From the NCBI GenBank assembly GCA_963676835.2, contig CAXXFF010000003.1:800001-864000 (forward strand): a stretch of 64,000 nt of DNA, in the 5' to 3' direction. The translations under genes and the position numbers were made by a program. The DNA comes from Marispirochaeta sp. GTDB lineage: Bacteria; Spirochaetota; Spirochaetia; JC444; Marispirochaetaceae. A model generated the notes under the pieces. The model searched no databases. It was not told where the DNA came from and saw only the letters and a list, made by a program, of their open reading frames with translations. Every line of letters starts with the position of its first letter. Positions within the stretch are counted from its first letter, which is position 1. Below are positions 31,134-41,863 of this stretch, piece after piece.

Positions 31134-31944
31134 TCCTCACCTCCGCCTCCCGGACCCTCAGGTATGCAACAGTCCAGCAGAACGGAGCCAGCAGGCCGTA
31201 GTAGAAGATACGGATTACTGAAATCAACTGTCCCCCGGTTCTTCTGGTAGAACTGAAGAGAGGAACGGAGAAACTGCTGGAAAAATCGACGGAGTGCACA
31301 AATTTTCCATGCCCGCCGATAAGAAGCCGGACAATAATCGCAGCTAAAATTCCGTAGAGAATAAATCCAGCGGCAATGGTCATAACTGTTTTTAAAAGCT
31401 GGTGCTTTCTGTATACCGCTCCTCCGGCAAAGAAGAGTGACTGAAGAATAAGATAATGGGGCAGCATGCGGATAACTGACCTGGAAAACGGATTAAAGAT
31501 ATTCCCCAGTCCGTCACCGAAGAGCAGCTGACTGAGAATAGCACCGGCGACTGATGCCAGAAAATAGACCAGCGTTGTGAGCAGCCAGTAACCCAATGAG
31601 CTGATGAGAAGCCTGGAGAGAAATTTCTCTTCCTGGGAGGCGGGCAGCATAAGCCAGTCATGAACTCCGTTTATGGAGTGCATAGCCTTGAATGATCCGG
31701 ACGCCACAGCAAAGCCCCCGATAAAGAGAATTGTCGGATAGAGCCCTTCATGAATGCCCCGGCTGTTACTGTCGATCATGGAAAGAAGCATAATTACTAC
31801 GGTTATCCCTGTAATGGTCAGGGCGGCGGTCAGTATGCCGCGCCAGTTCATAATCTCCTGCCGTCGAATCAGCAGGCCGAAACGGTTCAGTTTAAAATAG
31901 CTTTCAAAGCTTTTCTTATGGTTCACTGTGTTCATGACGTTCAT
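31123..31944 (-). CDS. ABC-2 type membrane protein
   Basis: About 6 TM segments, LMLPAS..EKFLS motif, follows an ABC ATPase. Confidence 0.75.
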   Translation of the reverse strand: MNVMNTVNHKKSFESYFKLNRFGLLIRRQEIMNWRGILTAALTITGITVVIMLLSMIDSNSRGIHEGLYPTILFIGGFAVASGSFKAMHSINGVHDWLMLPASQEEKFLSRLLISSLGYWLLTTLVYFLASVAGAILSQLLFGDGLGNIFNPFSRSVIRMLPHYLILQSLFFAGGAVYRKHQLLKTVMTIAAGFILYGILAAIIVRLLIGGHGKFVHSVDFSSSFSVPLFSSTRRTGGQLISVIRIFYYGLLAPFCWTVAYLRVREAEVRNAV

Positions 31945-32831
31945 TCCTCTCCATCTCCTTGCTCTTCAGCTGTGCCTTCGCCGGCTTCTGTTCCAGATCC
32001 GGGAACCTGTATGCCCTCCGCAGCCTCACTGCTGGAGACAATCATGTTGAAGAAAACTTCTATATCGATGTCTGAATCTTCACCGGTGCTGTTTTCCCGG
32101 ACAATGGAGTAGCCTCCGGGGACTTTTTCACCGTAAAGAAAGGTCCCAGGTTCCGGTTCTTCCCTTTCGAGAGACATGGTGTAGTGCTGAGCCATATGGG
32201 CCATATCGCCGTTAAACAGGATACGCCCTGAATCGAGAATAATGATGGGATCAATGAGATGTTCCATATCACGCACCTGATGGGTGGAAATCAGAATTGT
32301 CTGATCCTCTGCCAGAGACGAGGCTACAAGCCGCCGAAACTGTCTTTTAGAGGGGATGTCCAGACCGTTGGTAGGTTCATCGAGAATAACCAGCTCCGCA
32401 CCGCTTGCAAGGGCAAAACTGAGGATAAACTTTTTCCTCTGCCCCATGGAAAGCTCGCTCAGTTTCTTATCTACTGATACATCGAACTCTCTGCACAGTG
32501 TTTCAAATTTTTCCTTGTTAAACCGGGGATAAAATGGAGAATTGAGATCCCCATAGCGAACTCCCGAAACGGGAGGCAGGGAAAACTCTTCGGGGATAAA
32601 AAATATTTTCTCAAGCATTTCCGGATACCGTGCGGGACTGTCAAAGCCATGAACCATGACCGTTCCGTCATAGCCCTTCAGCTGGCCGGAAATGATCTTC
32701 AGCAGGCTGGTTTTGCCTGCACCGTTTTTGCCTAAAAGTCCGTAAATCATGCCGGGCTTGAGATCCAGCCTGAGACCGGTAAAAAGGGGACTGGACTTAT
32801 AGGAAAAGGATAAATCGCTTATATGAACCAT
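31941..32831 (-). CDS. ABC transporter ATP-binding protein (YtrB-like)
   Basis: GKNGAGKT, LSMGQRKK, LDEPTNGLD. Confidence 0.92.
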   Translation of the reverse strand: MVHISDLSFSYKSSPLFTGLRLDLKPGMIYGLLGKNGAGKTSLLKIISGQLKGYDGTVMVHGFDSPARYPEMLEKIFFIPEEFSLPPVSGVRYGDLNSPFYPRFNKEKFETLCREFDVSVDKKLSELSMGQRKKFILSFALASGAELVILDEPTNGLDIPSKRQFRRLVASSLAEDQTILISTHQVRDMEHLIDPIIILDSGRILFNGDMAHMAQHYTMSLEREEPEPGTFLYGEKVPGGYSIVRENSTGEDSDIDIEVFFNMIVSSSEAAEGIQVPGSGTEAGEGTAEEQGDGEE

Positions 32832-32857
32832 TCAACTCCTCCACACAAATGCATCTT

Positions 32858-32883
32858 TAGTGTACTACTACACTATAACACTA
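32858..32883. promoter_or_regulatory. YtrA-type operator
   Basis: TAGTGTA-N12-AACACTA inverted repeat upstream of the operon that encodes the YtrA-like regulator. Confidence 0.7.
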
Positions 32884-32948
32884 AAACAATACATCTACAA
32901 CTGAAGAAAGCAGGAAAAGTGCAGTTTTTTACTATTTTAGAGCTGTCC

Positions 32949-33638
32949 TTATAGCCAACTGCTCCAGTTGCAGGGGAGATCCGGCTTTTTCAGCAGCTCT
33001 TCAAGGCGCCGGAGATACTCCTGCCTGGGAATCTCAACAGCACCGAGGCTTTCCAGATGAGGGGTATACAATTGGGAGTCAATCAACTCTACCCCCCGGG
33101 AAACAAGTTCGCGAACCAGGGTAATGAAAGCGGCCTTGCTGGCATTGGGTCTGCGGAAAAACATTGATTCTCCACAGAAAAGAGCGCCAAGAGAGACACC
33201 GTAGAGTCCTCCAACCAGTTGCTCCCCTTCCCAGGCTTCCGCGCTGTGGGCAAAACCCAGGTTATGGAGCTCTATGTAGGCTTTCTGCATCTCTTCGGTT
33301 ATCCAGGTACCGCCCTGGTCGGGCCGGTACTGCTCGGCACAGGCGGAAATAACTTCGGCAAAAGAGGTGTCAAAACGTATACGGTAGGTTTCCCGGCGCA
33401 GCAGTCGTTCCATGCTTTTTGAGACATGCAGATCTTCAGGAAAAAGAACAAACCGGGGGTCGGGATTCCACCAGAGGATATCTTCACCGGGATTGAACCA
33501 GGGAAAGATCCCCTGACGGTAGGCGGACAAAAGCATTCCGGGGGAAAGATTTCCCCCGGCGGCAACAATACCTGAAGGATCAACCTCGTCAGGACCGGGA
33601 AAAGTAAAATGATCCTGCAGACCAAGATAGGGAAACAT
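32949..33638 (-). CDS. aat: Leucyl/phenylalanyl-tRNA--protein transferase
   Basis: AYRQGIFPW, WW.PDPR, LVGGLYGV, GESMF, ASK.A. Confidence 0.96.
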   Translation of the reverse strand: MFPYLGLQDHFTFPGPDEVDPSGIVAAGGNLSPGMLLSAYRQGIFPWFNPGEDILWWNPDPRFVLFPEDLHVSKSMERLLRRETYRIRFDTSFAEVISACAEQYRPDQGGTWITEEMQKAYIELHNLGFAHSAEAWEGEQLVGGLYGVSLGALFCGESMFFRRPNASKAAFITLVRELVSRGVELIDSQLYTPHLESLGAVEIPRQEYLRRLEELLKKPDLPCNWSSWL

Positions 33639-33641
33639 GGA

Positions 33642-35945
33642 TCAGCTTGTCTTTATGACTACTTCACCGTCGACCACATCCGCAAGTGCCTTGCCTCCTT
33701 TGGCAAGATCACCGAAGAGAACAGCATCAACAAAGTAGTGCTTTATCTTGTCGCTGATAAGCCGGGCAACATTGCGGGCTCCGTACTCGGCGCTGTAGCC
33801 CTCTTCCGCAAGGTATTCACGACAGGCTTGAGTAAGCTCCAGCTCTACACCCTTCTCGCCTAACTGTTTGCGGAAAATATCAATCTCTTTATCCACAATA
33901 TTGAGAACCATCCGGGTATCAAGGCGGCCGAAGGTAACTATTTTATCCAGCCGGTTGCGGAACTCCGGAGAAAAGGCCCGTTCCACTGCATCTCCGATAG
34001 CCTCTTCGGTTACATTGCGATCACCAAAGCCTATCATGGGCTTGCCTATTTCCCGGGCCCCGGCGTTCGATGTCATAATTACAATAACATTGCGGAAATC
34101 CGCTTTACGTCCGGCATTATCCGTCAGGGTTGCATAATCCATTACCTGAAGGAGAATATTGAAAATATCCTGATGCGCCTTCTCTATCTCATCCAGAAGC
34201 AGTACCGCATGGGGCGTTTTGCGGATGGCATCCGTAAGCAGCCCTCCTTCTTCATAGCCCACATAGCCCGGAGGGGATCCAACCAGGCGGGAAACAGTAT
34301 GCTTCTCCTGATACTCACTCATATCAAAGCGGTGGAGATGCACTCCGAGGAGTTCCGCCAGCTGCCGGGCAAGTTCGGTTTTTCCAACCCCCGTGGGCCC
34401 GACAAAAAGAAAAGAGGCCACCGGCTTATCCGAACCTTTGAAACCCGCCCGGGACCGTTTCACCGCCTGTACAACTGCGGCTACGGCACTGTCCTGGCCG
34501 AAGATGCGTCCCCTGAGGTCTGCCTCAAGACTCTTAAGCCGGTCATTTTCGGTAACAGAAACGGTTTTTTCCGGGATCTTGGCAATCTTGCTGATAACCT
34601 TTTCCACCAGATCTTCGCCGATCTCCTTGACCTCATCGTTTTCCGCATCCTCACGGAAAGCAAGGATTCTTGTATAGGCGCCGGCTTCGTCGATGACATC
34701 GATAGCTTTATCAGGCAGATGCCGGTCGTTTATATACTGATCAGAGAGATCCACCGCAGTCCTCAGGGCTTCATCGGTATAGCGGACATTATGATGCGCC
34801 TCGTAGCGCTCCCTCAAGCCTAAAAGAATCTGATAGGTCTCATCCGGACTTGTCTCGGCAATCTCTATGCGCTGGAACCGCCTCGAAAGGGCACGGTCGC
34901 GCTCAAAGAATTTCTTGTACTCATCGTAGGTGGTACTGCCCATACAGCGGATTTTTCCGGTTACCAGGGCCGGTTTGAGAAGATTTGAGGCATCCATGGA
35001 ACCGCCGGAGGTTGCTCCTGCCCCGACTATGGTATGAATCTCATCGATAAAGAGAATGACCTTCTCCTCCTGCTCAAGCTCTTTGAGGATCATCTTCATG
35101 CGCTCTTCAAAATCGCCCCGGAAGCGGGTTCCTGCCAGAAGACTGCCCATATCCAGAGAAAATACCCGGTAATCTTTCAGAAGGGCCGGTACCTTTTCCT
35201 CAGCTATTCTTGCAGCAAGCCCTTCTGCTACAGCGGTTTTACCAACCCCCGGATCTCCCACGAGGATAGGATTATTCTTGAGTCTGCGGCAGAGTACCTG
35301 TATGGTCCGTTCCAGCACCTCTTCCCGTCCGATCAGGGGCTCCAGCCTGCCTTCTCTGGCAGCAGCAGTCAGTTCCCGGGTGAAGGATTCAAGGGCTTTG
35401 CGTTTTTTGCCTTTCTTACCAGCCTCGTCCTGCTCTCCCTCCTGATCACCTGCAGAATCTTCCCCGAAACTGCCCTCTCCGTCCATGGAGAACTCACTCT
35501 CGTCATCCTCCTCTTCAGGAAGTTCATCCATGGAGTGGGAGATGATACTCAGCAGGGCATACCGGGTTATACCGTACTTCTTGAGGTAGTAGGCACCGAA
35601 TGAGTCTTTTTCATCCAGAATGGAAACAAGCAGATCCCCTACCTCAAGACTCTGGGACGATGATGATTCGGTATGAAATACTGCCCGTTCTATGACTCCC
35701 TGAAACCCCAGGGACTGAACCGGCTCCTGGTCATCGATGGCAGGTACATGCTCTTCAAAATAGCTCTGAAGATCATCTTTAAGCTCTTCGGGGTCGGCAC
35801 CGCAGAGGGTTACTATTTCCCGGGTTGATTCAAAAAAGAGAGAAGCATAGAGAATATGTTCAGGCAGCAGAAACTCATGCTTCCTGTTTTTCGCGTCCAG
35901 ATAGGCCGCATTGAGAATATTCTGAACGTCGTCACTGACCTTCAT
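33642..35945 (-). CDS. clpA: ATP-dependent Clp protease ATP-binding subunit ClpA
   Basis: Two AAA modules (GDPGVGKT, GPTGVGKT), no middle domain, lies between clpS and aat. Confidence 0.95.
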   Translation of the reverse strand: MKVSDDVQNILNAAYLDAKNRKHEFLLPEHILYASLFFESTREIVTLCGADPEELKDDLQSYFEEHVPAIDDQEPVQSLGFQGVIERAVFHTESSSSQSLEVGDLLVSILDEKDSFGAYYLKKYGITRYALLSIISHSMDELPEEEDDESEFSMDGEGSFGEDSAGDQEGEQDEAGKKGKKRKALESFTRELTAAAREGRLEPLIGREEVLERTIQVLCRRLKNNPILVGDPGVGKTAVAEGLAARIAEEKVPALLKDYRVFSLDMGSLLAGTRFRGDFEERMKMILKELEQEEKVILFIDEIHTIVGAGATSGGSMDASNLLKPALVTGKIRCMGSTTYDEYKKFFERDRALSRRFQRIEIAETSPDETYQILLGLRERYEAHHNVRYTDEALRTAVDLSDQYINDRHLPDKAIDVIDEAGAYTRILAFREDAENDEVKEIGEDLVEKVISKIAKIPEKTVSVTENDRLKSLEADLRGRIFGQDSAVAAVVQAVKRSRAGFKGSDKPVASFLFVGPTGVGKTELARQLAELLGVHLHRFDMSEYQEKHTVSRLVGSPPGYVGYEEGGLLTDAIRKTPHAVLLLDEIEKAHQDIFNILLQVMDYATLTDNAGRKADFRNVIVIMTSNAGAREIGKPMIGFGDRNVTEEAIGDAVERAFSPEFRNRLDKIVTFGRLDTRMVLNIVDKEIDIFRKQLGEKGVELELTQACREYLAEEGYSAEYGARNVARLISDKIKHYFVDAVLFGDLAKGGKALADVVDGEVVIKTS

Positions 35946-35980
35946 GCAAAAACCTCACAAATAAATGACGGCTGAAAAAT

Positions 35981-36298
35981 TCAGGCCGGTTCGATGGTAC
36001 AGCGGAGAGGATACTCATGATCCCTGGCCAGCTGATGAACCCGGGCTGCCCGGGTTGCTGCAATATCATAGGAATATATTCCCACAAGGCCACGCCCCTT
36101 CTGGTGAACATCCAGCATTATTCTGGTTGCCTCCGGGGTCTCCTTATGAAATACCGTACGGAGAATCTCAACAACAAATTCCATGGTGGTATAATGATCG
36201 TTATGCAGGACCACCTTGTACATCTGTGGCTCTTTAAGCTGCTGATCGCTTTTTTCCACAACATCGGTGCCGAACCTGTCAGCGTTTTTACCAGCCAT
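35981..36298 (-). CDS. clpS: Clp protease adaptor ClpS
   Basis: YKVVLHNDHYTTMEFVV, MLDVH..G, YPL. Confidence 0.96.
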   Translation of the reverse strand: MAGKNADRFGTDVVEKSDQQLKEPQMYKVVLHNDHYTTMEFVVEILRTVFHKETPEATRIMLDVHQKGRGLVGIYSYDIAATRAARVHQLARDHEYPLRCTIEPA

Positions 36299-36398
36299 GA
36301 ACCTGAAGCTACCTCCGAAGCAAGTATGAGGGTAAATTTAGCTAAACTTGGGAAGATGATCAACCGGAAGATTGAAACTAATACAAGATGAGGATTCT

Positions 36399-37247
36399 TC
36401 AATTTTTCTGAAAGATATCAAACCATGCCTTTATGGTATTCAGATGTATCTGAATAACCTTTTCCACCGGTTCCTGATATCCGCCGGCCAGGTTCCAGAC
36501 CAGGGGTTTCCCGAAACATTTTGCAAACTTGAAAACCATAAGATCCCTGAAGTATAGTTCATGCGAGGTCAAGACACCGCCGATCGGATCATCAATGTGA
36601 GGATCCGCACCTGCCTGGTAGAGGATAATATCACAATCCCTCAGGCTGCGGAGTTTATCCAGTAAATTCCGCTTCCAGTTATCGGCCCGCTGGACTACTT
36701 CCGCAAAAGAAAGATGCCTGATGTATGTCAGGTTTTTATGCTTGATGATCTCGTGACTGCCATCCCCGAAATGTACATCCAGATCAAGGATACCTACTTT
36801 GTTTACCCGGCCTTCTTCTTTAAGTTTTATTGCAGTAATCATAAGGCCGTTAAATGTACAGAATCCGCCGGCACGGCTCAGTCCCGCATGATGAAAACCG
36901 GAGACCGGCGCAAGAGTGGTACAATTCTTATTCAGTGAATTAAGAGCCGCATGATAGAAACATGAATTAGTCCACAACAGGGAATCAGCAATCTCTCTGC
37001 TGTGATTGCTGAATCCGTTCATCTTTCTCAAACTCAGAATATCTTCCACATACTTTCCATCATGGGCGGCTCTAATGTCGCTGCCGGTAAAAGGAGGAAA
37101 ATCGGAGATGATAGTGAATCGGTTATCGTGTTCGATCTTTTCCATAAGAAGTGCCGGCTTGCCCGCCGAGGGAGAGCGGCTGTTATTCTTCTGTACACTC
37201 TGTTTTATGTTGTAAATCACATCCACGGAACAAACCCCTTTATACAT
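36399..37247 (-). CDS. Histone deacetylase-family Zn-dependent deacylase
   Basis: GFHHA, GFC.FN, DLDVHFGDG, YQAGAD, GGY. Confidence 0.88.
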   Translation of the reverse strand: MYKGVCSVDVIYNIKQSVQKNNSRSPSAGKPALLMEKIEHDNRFTIISDFPPFTGSDIRAAHDGKYVEDILSLRKMNGFSNHSREIADSLLWTNSCFYHAALNSLNKNCTTLAPVSGFHHAGLSRAGGFCTFNGLMITAIKLKEEGRVNKVGILDLDVHFGDGSHEIIKHKNLTYIRHLSFAEVVQRADNWKRNLLDKLRSLRDCDIILYQAGADPHIDDPIGGVLTSHELYFRDLMVFKFAKCFGKPLVWNLAGGYQEPVEKVIQIHLNTIKAWFDIFQKN

Positions 37248-37552
37248 TTTTCAGTATAGACCTACACAATATAGCTTCTGCTATTTTTTATCCAACAAAA
37301 TTTAAAAGGCAATGATTATACTATTCTCCAGAGTTACGCCATCTCGGAAAGCCCCCCTGAATGACAAGCATGCCGGGGCTAAATGCTGATTATGAGGAAA
37401 GTCCCAGGATGAAATAGATCTTTACAGGAAACCTGTCTGCAGCAAAAAAGTCTAAATTTGAATGTATGTGATTTGCGGGACGGAAGCGGAATTGCAGGAT
37501 AGGGCAAAACAGGATAGCATTACATGGTGCAATCCTGTATCGGGAGGCGGGA

Positions 37553-38134
37553 ATGGCTCAATCTAATGAAACAAGTGCTATAAAGGCAGGACAGAACTAC
37601 TCTATTGAACAGTGGCGTACCTGGCCGGAAGGTGAACGTTGGGAACTAATAGGCGGAGTTACCTATGACATGAGACCTTCACCCGGTGTAAGCCATCAGA
37701 AAATAGCGGGCAGTTTATATTGTGAACTATCAAACTATTTAGAAGATAATGACTGTACACCTCTTATAGCCCCGGTTGACCTTTTTCTTCCCGAAGCCGT
37801 CGAGGGTTCAACACACACAGTAGTACAGCCCGATGTAATGGTTGTCTGTAATCCATCCATAATAGAGGAAAACGGCGTTCACGGCGGGCCCGATCTGATA
37901 ATTGAGGTACTCTCGGATTCCACTGCCTACAAAGACCTGAATGCGAAGAAATCCGCCTATGAACGTTCCGGCGTTAAGGAATACTGGATAGTAAATCCCG
38001 GGACCGGATCGGTTTTTATTTATCTGCTTGATAAGGGAAAGTATATCCCCGCCATGGAAGTTCTGGCAGGTAATATCATTGAAAGTGCTGTTATTGCAGG
38101 CTTCAAACTGACCCTGAATACAGAATCACTTTAA
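37553..38134 (+). CDS. Uma2-family endonuclease-fold protein
   Basis: ELIGG, P...HQ, VQPD, PDLIIEVLS, GVKEYWIV. Confidence 0.92.
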   Translation: MAQSNETSAIKAGQNYSIEQWRTWPEGERWELIGGVTYDMRPSPGVSHQKIAGSLYCELSNYLEDNDCTPLIAPVDLFLPEAVEGSTHTVVQPDVMVVCNPSIIEENGVHGGPDLIIEVLSDSTAYKDLNAKKSAYERSGVKEYWIVNPGTGSVFIYLLDKGKYIPAMEVLAGNIIESAVIAGFKLTLNTESL

Positions 38135-38554
38135 GAGAGCCAGCTCCTTATCGATTACATCCTCGACTATGGCACCTATTTTATAGATAAGCTCATAACA
38201 GCCGGTTTCTTCATCCCTGTAGAGCTCTTTGAGACGGGCACAGTCGGTGGATTTCATCTCTTCTTCCACCCGGCGGAAGAGTTCTTTGTTTATCTCTTTA
38301 AAATGCTCATCTACCTTGGCCCGGCCTTTTACAAAGAGCGTGCTGATGGCCATAACCGCACCGGTGACGGCACCGCAGCTTTTCTCCACGCCCATTCCGC
38401 CGCCGAAGCCTGCTGCAAGCTTCAGAGCTTCCGGGGGAAGTTTAAAGCCGTAGACCTCGTTTGCCGCATACAGCATTGTTTCCGCACAGTTGAGATTCAT
38501 CCGCGCAGCAAGACCATCTTTAATTACACCTTCAAGGGTTCCATTCTTTTTCAT
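38126..38554 (-). CDS. C-GCAxxG-C-C family putative redox protein
   Basis: NCAE, GFGGG, CGAVTG and two further Cys. Confidence 0.88.
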   Translation of the reverse strand: MKKNGTLEGVIKDGLAARMNLNCAETMLYAANEVYGFKLPPEALKLAAGFGGGMGVEKSCGAVTGAVMAISTLFVKGRAKVDEHFKEINKELFRRVEEEMKSTDCARLKELYRDEETGCYELIYKIGAIVEDVIDKELALLK

Positions 38555-38594
38555 GGAAACAGCTTACACTTTGCTATAGCAGAATTGCAAGTGG

Positions 38595-38981
38595 TCAGGC
38601 CAAACGCTCAGCACCGCAGTAGACTTCTTCCGCATGAAGGTAAAAAGCTGCCCGGGGTTCAAGCTGGGGATGCTTTACATGCACCCAGTCCACCACGTCG
38701 GAAAAACGGCTTCCCTCTTCCACGCATTCTGCCCGGCACTTGATCTGATAGGCTTTACGGGTATCCGGATCGAGTACGACAACGGACATACGGGGATTCC
38801 GGTCCAGGTTCTTCCTGGTTTTATCAAACTTATTATCCGCCACCACCAGAGTTTTATCATCCACAGCCTTAAGGTAGGTAACATAGATAAGATTCGGGTT
38901 TCCACTTCCGTCGGCGGTTGCAATACAGATGGGCATGGTTTTTTCAAGGGCGGTAAGAACTTCTGGGGCAAGAACACTCAT
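38595..38981 (-). CDS. Pyridoxamine 5'-phosphate oxidase-family FMN-binding protein
   Basis: ATAD..G.PN, KT..NL..NP, YQIK. Confidence 0.82.
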   Translation of the reverse strand: MSVLAPEVLTALEKTMPICIATADGSGNPNLIYVTYLKAVDDKTLVVADNKFDKTRKNLDRNPRMSVVVLDPDTRKAYQIKCRAECVEEGSRFSDVVDWVHVKHPQLEPRAAFYLHAEEVYCGAERLA

Positions 38982-39103
38982 GGCGATCCTCTTTCAGGCC
39001 GCCTCTGAAAACCATGCTGCAGTTTCCTTTTTGCAAGGGCTCTCAGAAGGACCTCTTTAATGATTGTGATTTTCATTAACACTACAAGAGAAGCGGCGGA
39101 TAC

Positions 39104-39766
39104 TCAAGTGTCTACGGAAGAATCCGAAGCAAGTTTCTTCATGGTTTCCCCCATGGTTTTAAGCATCAGGTAACAGCTGGTGGCACCGGCATCCACTGTA
39201 CCCCTGGAACGTTCTCCCAGCCGGCTTGCCCGGCCTATTTTTGCAACCATATCTTCCGTTGACTTCCAGCCCTTTTCAGCGGCGGCCGTCATAGCATCCA
39301 TGGCAGCGGCAAATTCCGCCCCGGATGAAACAGCCTCTTTCAGACCTGTCAGAGCAGGATCCAGGGTATCCACCAGAGTTTTGTCACCCACTTTCGCGTT
39401 ACCGAGACTCTGTATGCCTTCGTAGGCAGACTCCAGCATCGCTGCCACCAGAGAAGCATCCACCGTATCTGCAGACTTTGAGACCCGGGCCATGCGCTTG
39501 AAGAAGGTGCCGTATAAAGGCCCCATGGAGCCGCCGATCTCATCTACCAGGATTCTTCCCAGAAGCTTGAAAGCCTCACTCATGCCGCAGTCCAGGCCGC
39601 CAAGCTCCTTCTCCGCCAGGGTAAAGCCCTTGTCCATATTAATGCCGTGATCGCCGTCGCCGATGGCACCGTCTATTTCGCTTAAGTAGACCCGGTTTTC
39701 GTGGATGGTTTTTATCAGTGCCTCTACAATAACCTTTCCCCGGGATTCTGCAAATGAATCAGCCAT
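39104..39766 (-). CDS. dhaL: Dihydroxyacetone/erythrulose kinase subunit L
   Basis: D..IGDGDHG, GDKTL.D, GRAS, DAGA. Confidence 0.92.
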   Translation of the reverse strand: MADSFAESRGKVIVEALIKTIHENRVYLSEIDGAIGDGDHGINMDKGFTLAEKELGGLDCGMSEAFKLLGRILVDEIGGSMGPLYGTFFKRMARVSKSADTVDASLVAAMLESAYEGIQSLGNAKVGDKTLVDTLDPALTGLKEAVSSGAEFAAAMDAMTAAAEKGWKSTEDMVAKIGRASRLGERSRGTVDAGATSCYLMLKTMGETMKKLASDSSVDT

Positions 39767-40791
39767 CAGATGCTCCCCTGTTTGAGGCCCATGGAGTAGC
39801 AGTCAAGATCCATCAGCTCTTTCAGCTCGTCGTCAAGCTTCATCAACGTAAGGGTTACTCCCATCATCTCCAGGCTGGTAAAAAAGTTCCCCACATAGGG
39901 GCGGTAAATCTTTATCCCCTTCTCTTCCAGAATCCGGGCGACTTCATCGTAGTAGATGTAAAGTTCCATAACCGGGGTGGCGCCAAGACCGCTGACCAGG
40001 ACTACCACCTCATCGCCTCCGGCAAAGGGAAGATCCGGCAGAATCTGCTCAAGGGAGAGGGCCGCCATCTCTTTGGCAGTTTTAAGATCCTGCACATTGA
40101 TGCCGGGCTCTCCGTGATGGCCGATTCCCACCTCCATTTTGCCGGCCTCGATGCTGAAGTTGGGCTTTCCCACCGCGGGGATGGTACAGGGAGTGAGGCC
40201 TATGCCGATGCTACGGGTATTGTCGATTGCCTTCTGTGCGGCGGCGATAACCTCATCGAGGTTCCCTCCAAGGGCAGCTTTGGCTCCACCGGCTTTCCAC
40301 ATAAGGATTTCACCGGCAACTCCCCGCCGTTTTTGCCGCTCATCTGACGGCGCACTGGGAACATCGTCGTTGGCCACCACGGTTTTTACCGGAATATCAT
40401 CGTCTTCGGCATCTTCCATGGCCATTTTGACATTCATGTTGTCCCCTGCGTAGTTACCGTAGAGTACCGCCACCCCTTCGCCGCCGTCGGCAGCCTTTAT
40501 AGCCTCATAAAAAGACTTTGCCGTGGGGGAGCTGAAGATCTCTCCGATGGCTACTGCATCTACCAGATTTTTGCCGATATAGCCGGTAAATGCCGGTTTA
40601 TGTCCCGAGCCTCCGCCGGTAACGATCCCCACCTTGCCCTTTATGGGGGCTTCGGCATATTTCAGTACCCTTGGGTGGGAGGTGGGTGCGATAAAATCGC
40701 TGTGGGCCTTTACAAATCCTTTAAGGTAATCTTCCACCACCATGTCGGGGTTATTGATAATCCGCTGCACTGTTTTCTCCTTTGCTGACAT
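39766..40791 (-). CDS. dhaK: Dihydroxyacetone/erythrulose kinase subunit K
   Basis: GGGSGH.P, NYAGD, RRGVAG, GIGHHGEPG. Confidence 0.92.
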   Translation of the reverse strand: MSAKEKTVQRIINNPDMVVEDYLKGFVKAHSDFIAPTSHPRVLKYAEAPIKGKVGIVTGGGSGHKPAFTGYIGKNLVDAVAIGEIFSSPTAKSFYEAIKAADGGEGVAVLYGNYAGDNMNVKMAMEDAEDDDIPVKTVVANDDVPSAPSDERQKRRGVAGEILMWKAGGAKAALGGNLDEVIAAAQKAIDNTRSIGIGLTPCTIPAVGKPNFSIEAGKMEVGIGHHGEPGINVQDLKTAKEMAALSLEQILPDLPFAGGDEVVVLVSGLGATPVMELYIYYDEVARILEEKGIKIYRPYVGNFFTSLEMMGVTLTLMKLDDELKELMDLDCYSMGLKQGSI

Positions 40792-40962
40792 AGATCAGCA
40801 CCTATGCAAAGTCTCCCGCAGGCAATTTTGTGTTTTCCTGCAAGCCTTAATAATCATCCATCGTTGCCTTACTACATGTTTTGTCACACCGGTGCGACAT
40901 TTTTGTTATGTACTTTTCTTATCCCCATCTGGTTCTTCTGCTTTTTTACCAATCCAGTTCTT

Positions 40963-41733
40963 CTATTTTATTGTATATCCACCGTCGATGACGATGTTTT
41001 CGCCGGTGATAAGCCCTGCAGCATCACTTGCCAGAAAGAGGGCAACTGCAGCCACCTCTTCGGGATAGCCGAAGCGGCCTGCGGGGATCAGCTTTTTCAT
41101 AGCCTCCCCCACTTCTCCGGCCCAGGCCTTTTTGCCTAACTCCGTAAGAATTACTGTTGGAGATATACTGTTAACATTGATATTGTACTGACCCCACTCA
41201 TAGGCAAGGGTTTTGGTTACCGAAATAACCCCGGCCTTGCTGGCGCAGTAGGCCACATGATTATCCAGGGCCACCAGTCCTGCCTGGGATGCCATGTTTA
41301 TGATGTTTCCGCCTCCGGCCTCGATCATCTTCCTGCCTACTGCCTGGGCAAGCATGAAAACTGCCTTGAGATTAACAGCCATGGTTGTATCCCAGTACTC
41401 TTCGCTGATATTTTCGGCGTCGTCCAGAAACACCACTCCGGCGACATTGGCAAGGATATCGATACGGCCGAACTCGCTAATGGCTGTATTAACGGCATTC
41501 TGTATATCTGCGCTTTTTGTAAGATCTGCTATTACAGAAACAGCCTTCCTTCCAAGCTTCTGTATCGCCGACTCTGTAATCTTTACATCGGGCTTGAGAT
41601 CTACCAGTACAAGATCCGCTCCTTTGGCGGCGTAGAGCTCTGCAATGGCCTTACCGATTCCCTGGGCGGCACCGGTAACCATGGCTACTTTTCCATCAAG
41701 GCCGAAGGAGTTGTCGAAACCTTTATAGTCCAT
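40963..41733 (-). CDS. SDR polyol dehydrogenase, GolD/DthD (D-threitol dehydrogenase)-like
   Basis: TGAAQGIG, ASQAG.VAL..HVAYCASK, SPTVILTELGKKAW. Upstream of dhaKL. Confidence 0.8.
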   Translation of the reverse strand: MDYKGFDNSFGLDGKVAMVTGAAQGIGKAIAELYAAKGADLVLVDLKPDVKITESAIQKLGRKAVSVIADLTKSADIQNAVNTAISEFGRIDILANVAGVVFLDDAENISEEYWDTTMAVNLKAVFMLAQAVGRKMIEAGGGNIINMASQAGLVALDNHVAYCASKAGVISVTKTLAYEWGQYNINVNSISPTVILTELGKKAWAGEVGEAMKKLIPAGRFGYPEEVAAVALFLASDAAGLITGENIVIDGGYTIK

Positions 41734-41826
41734 ACTATCTCCTGACATAAGTCATTTATTTTTGAGAATTATAACATTAAATAGACCATTGGCGGGAGAA
41801 ATATAAAGTACACAGATTTAATTTTT

Positions 41827-41861
41827 TAGACAAATATAATATACCATGTTATATTTGTCTA
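41827..41861. promoter_or_regulatory. Perfect 13-bp inverted repeat over the promoter of the AAA-DUF4143 gene
   Basis: TAGACAAATATAA-N9-TTATATTTGTCTA, ending 2 nt before the ATG at 41864. Confidence 0.65.
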
Positions 41862-41863
41862 GA

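Noticed and set aside
32949..36298. clpS-clpA-aat cluster as a novelty
   Set aside because: Standard N-degron pathway arrangement
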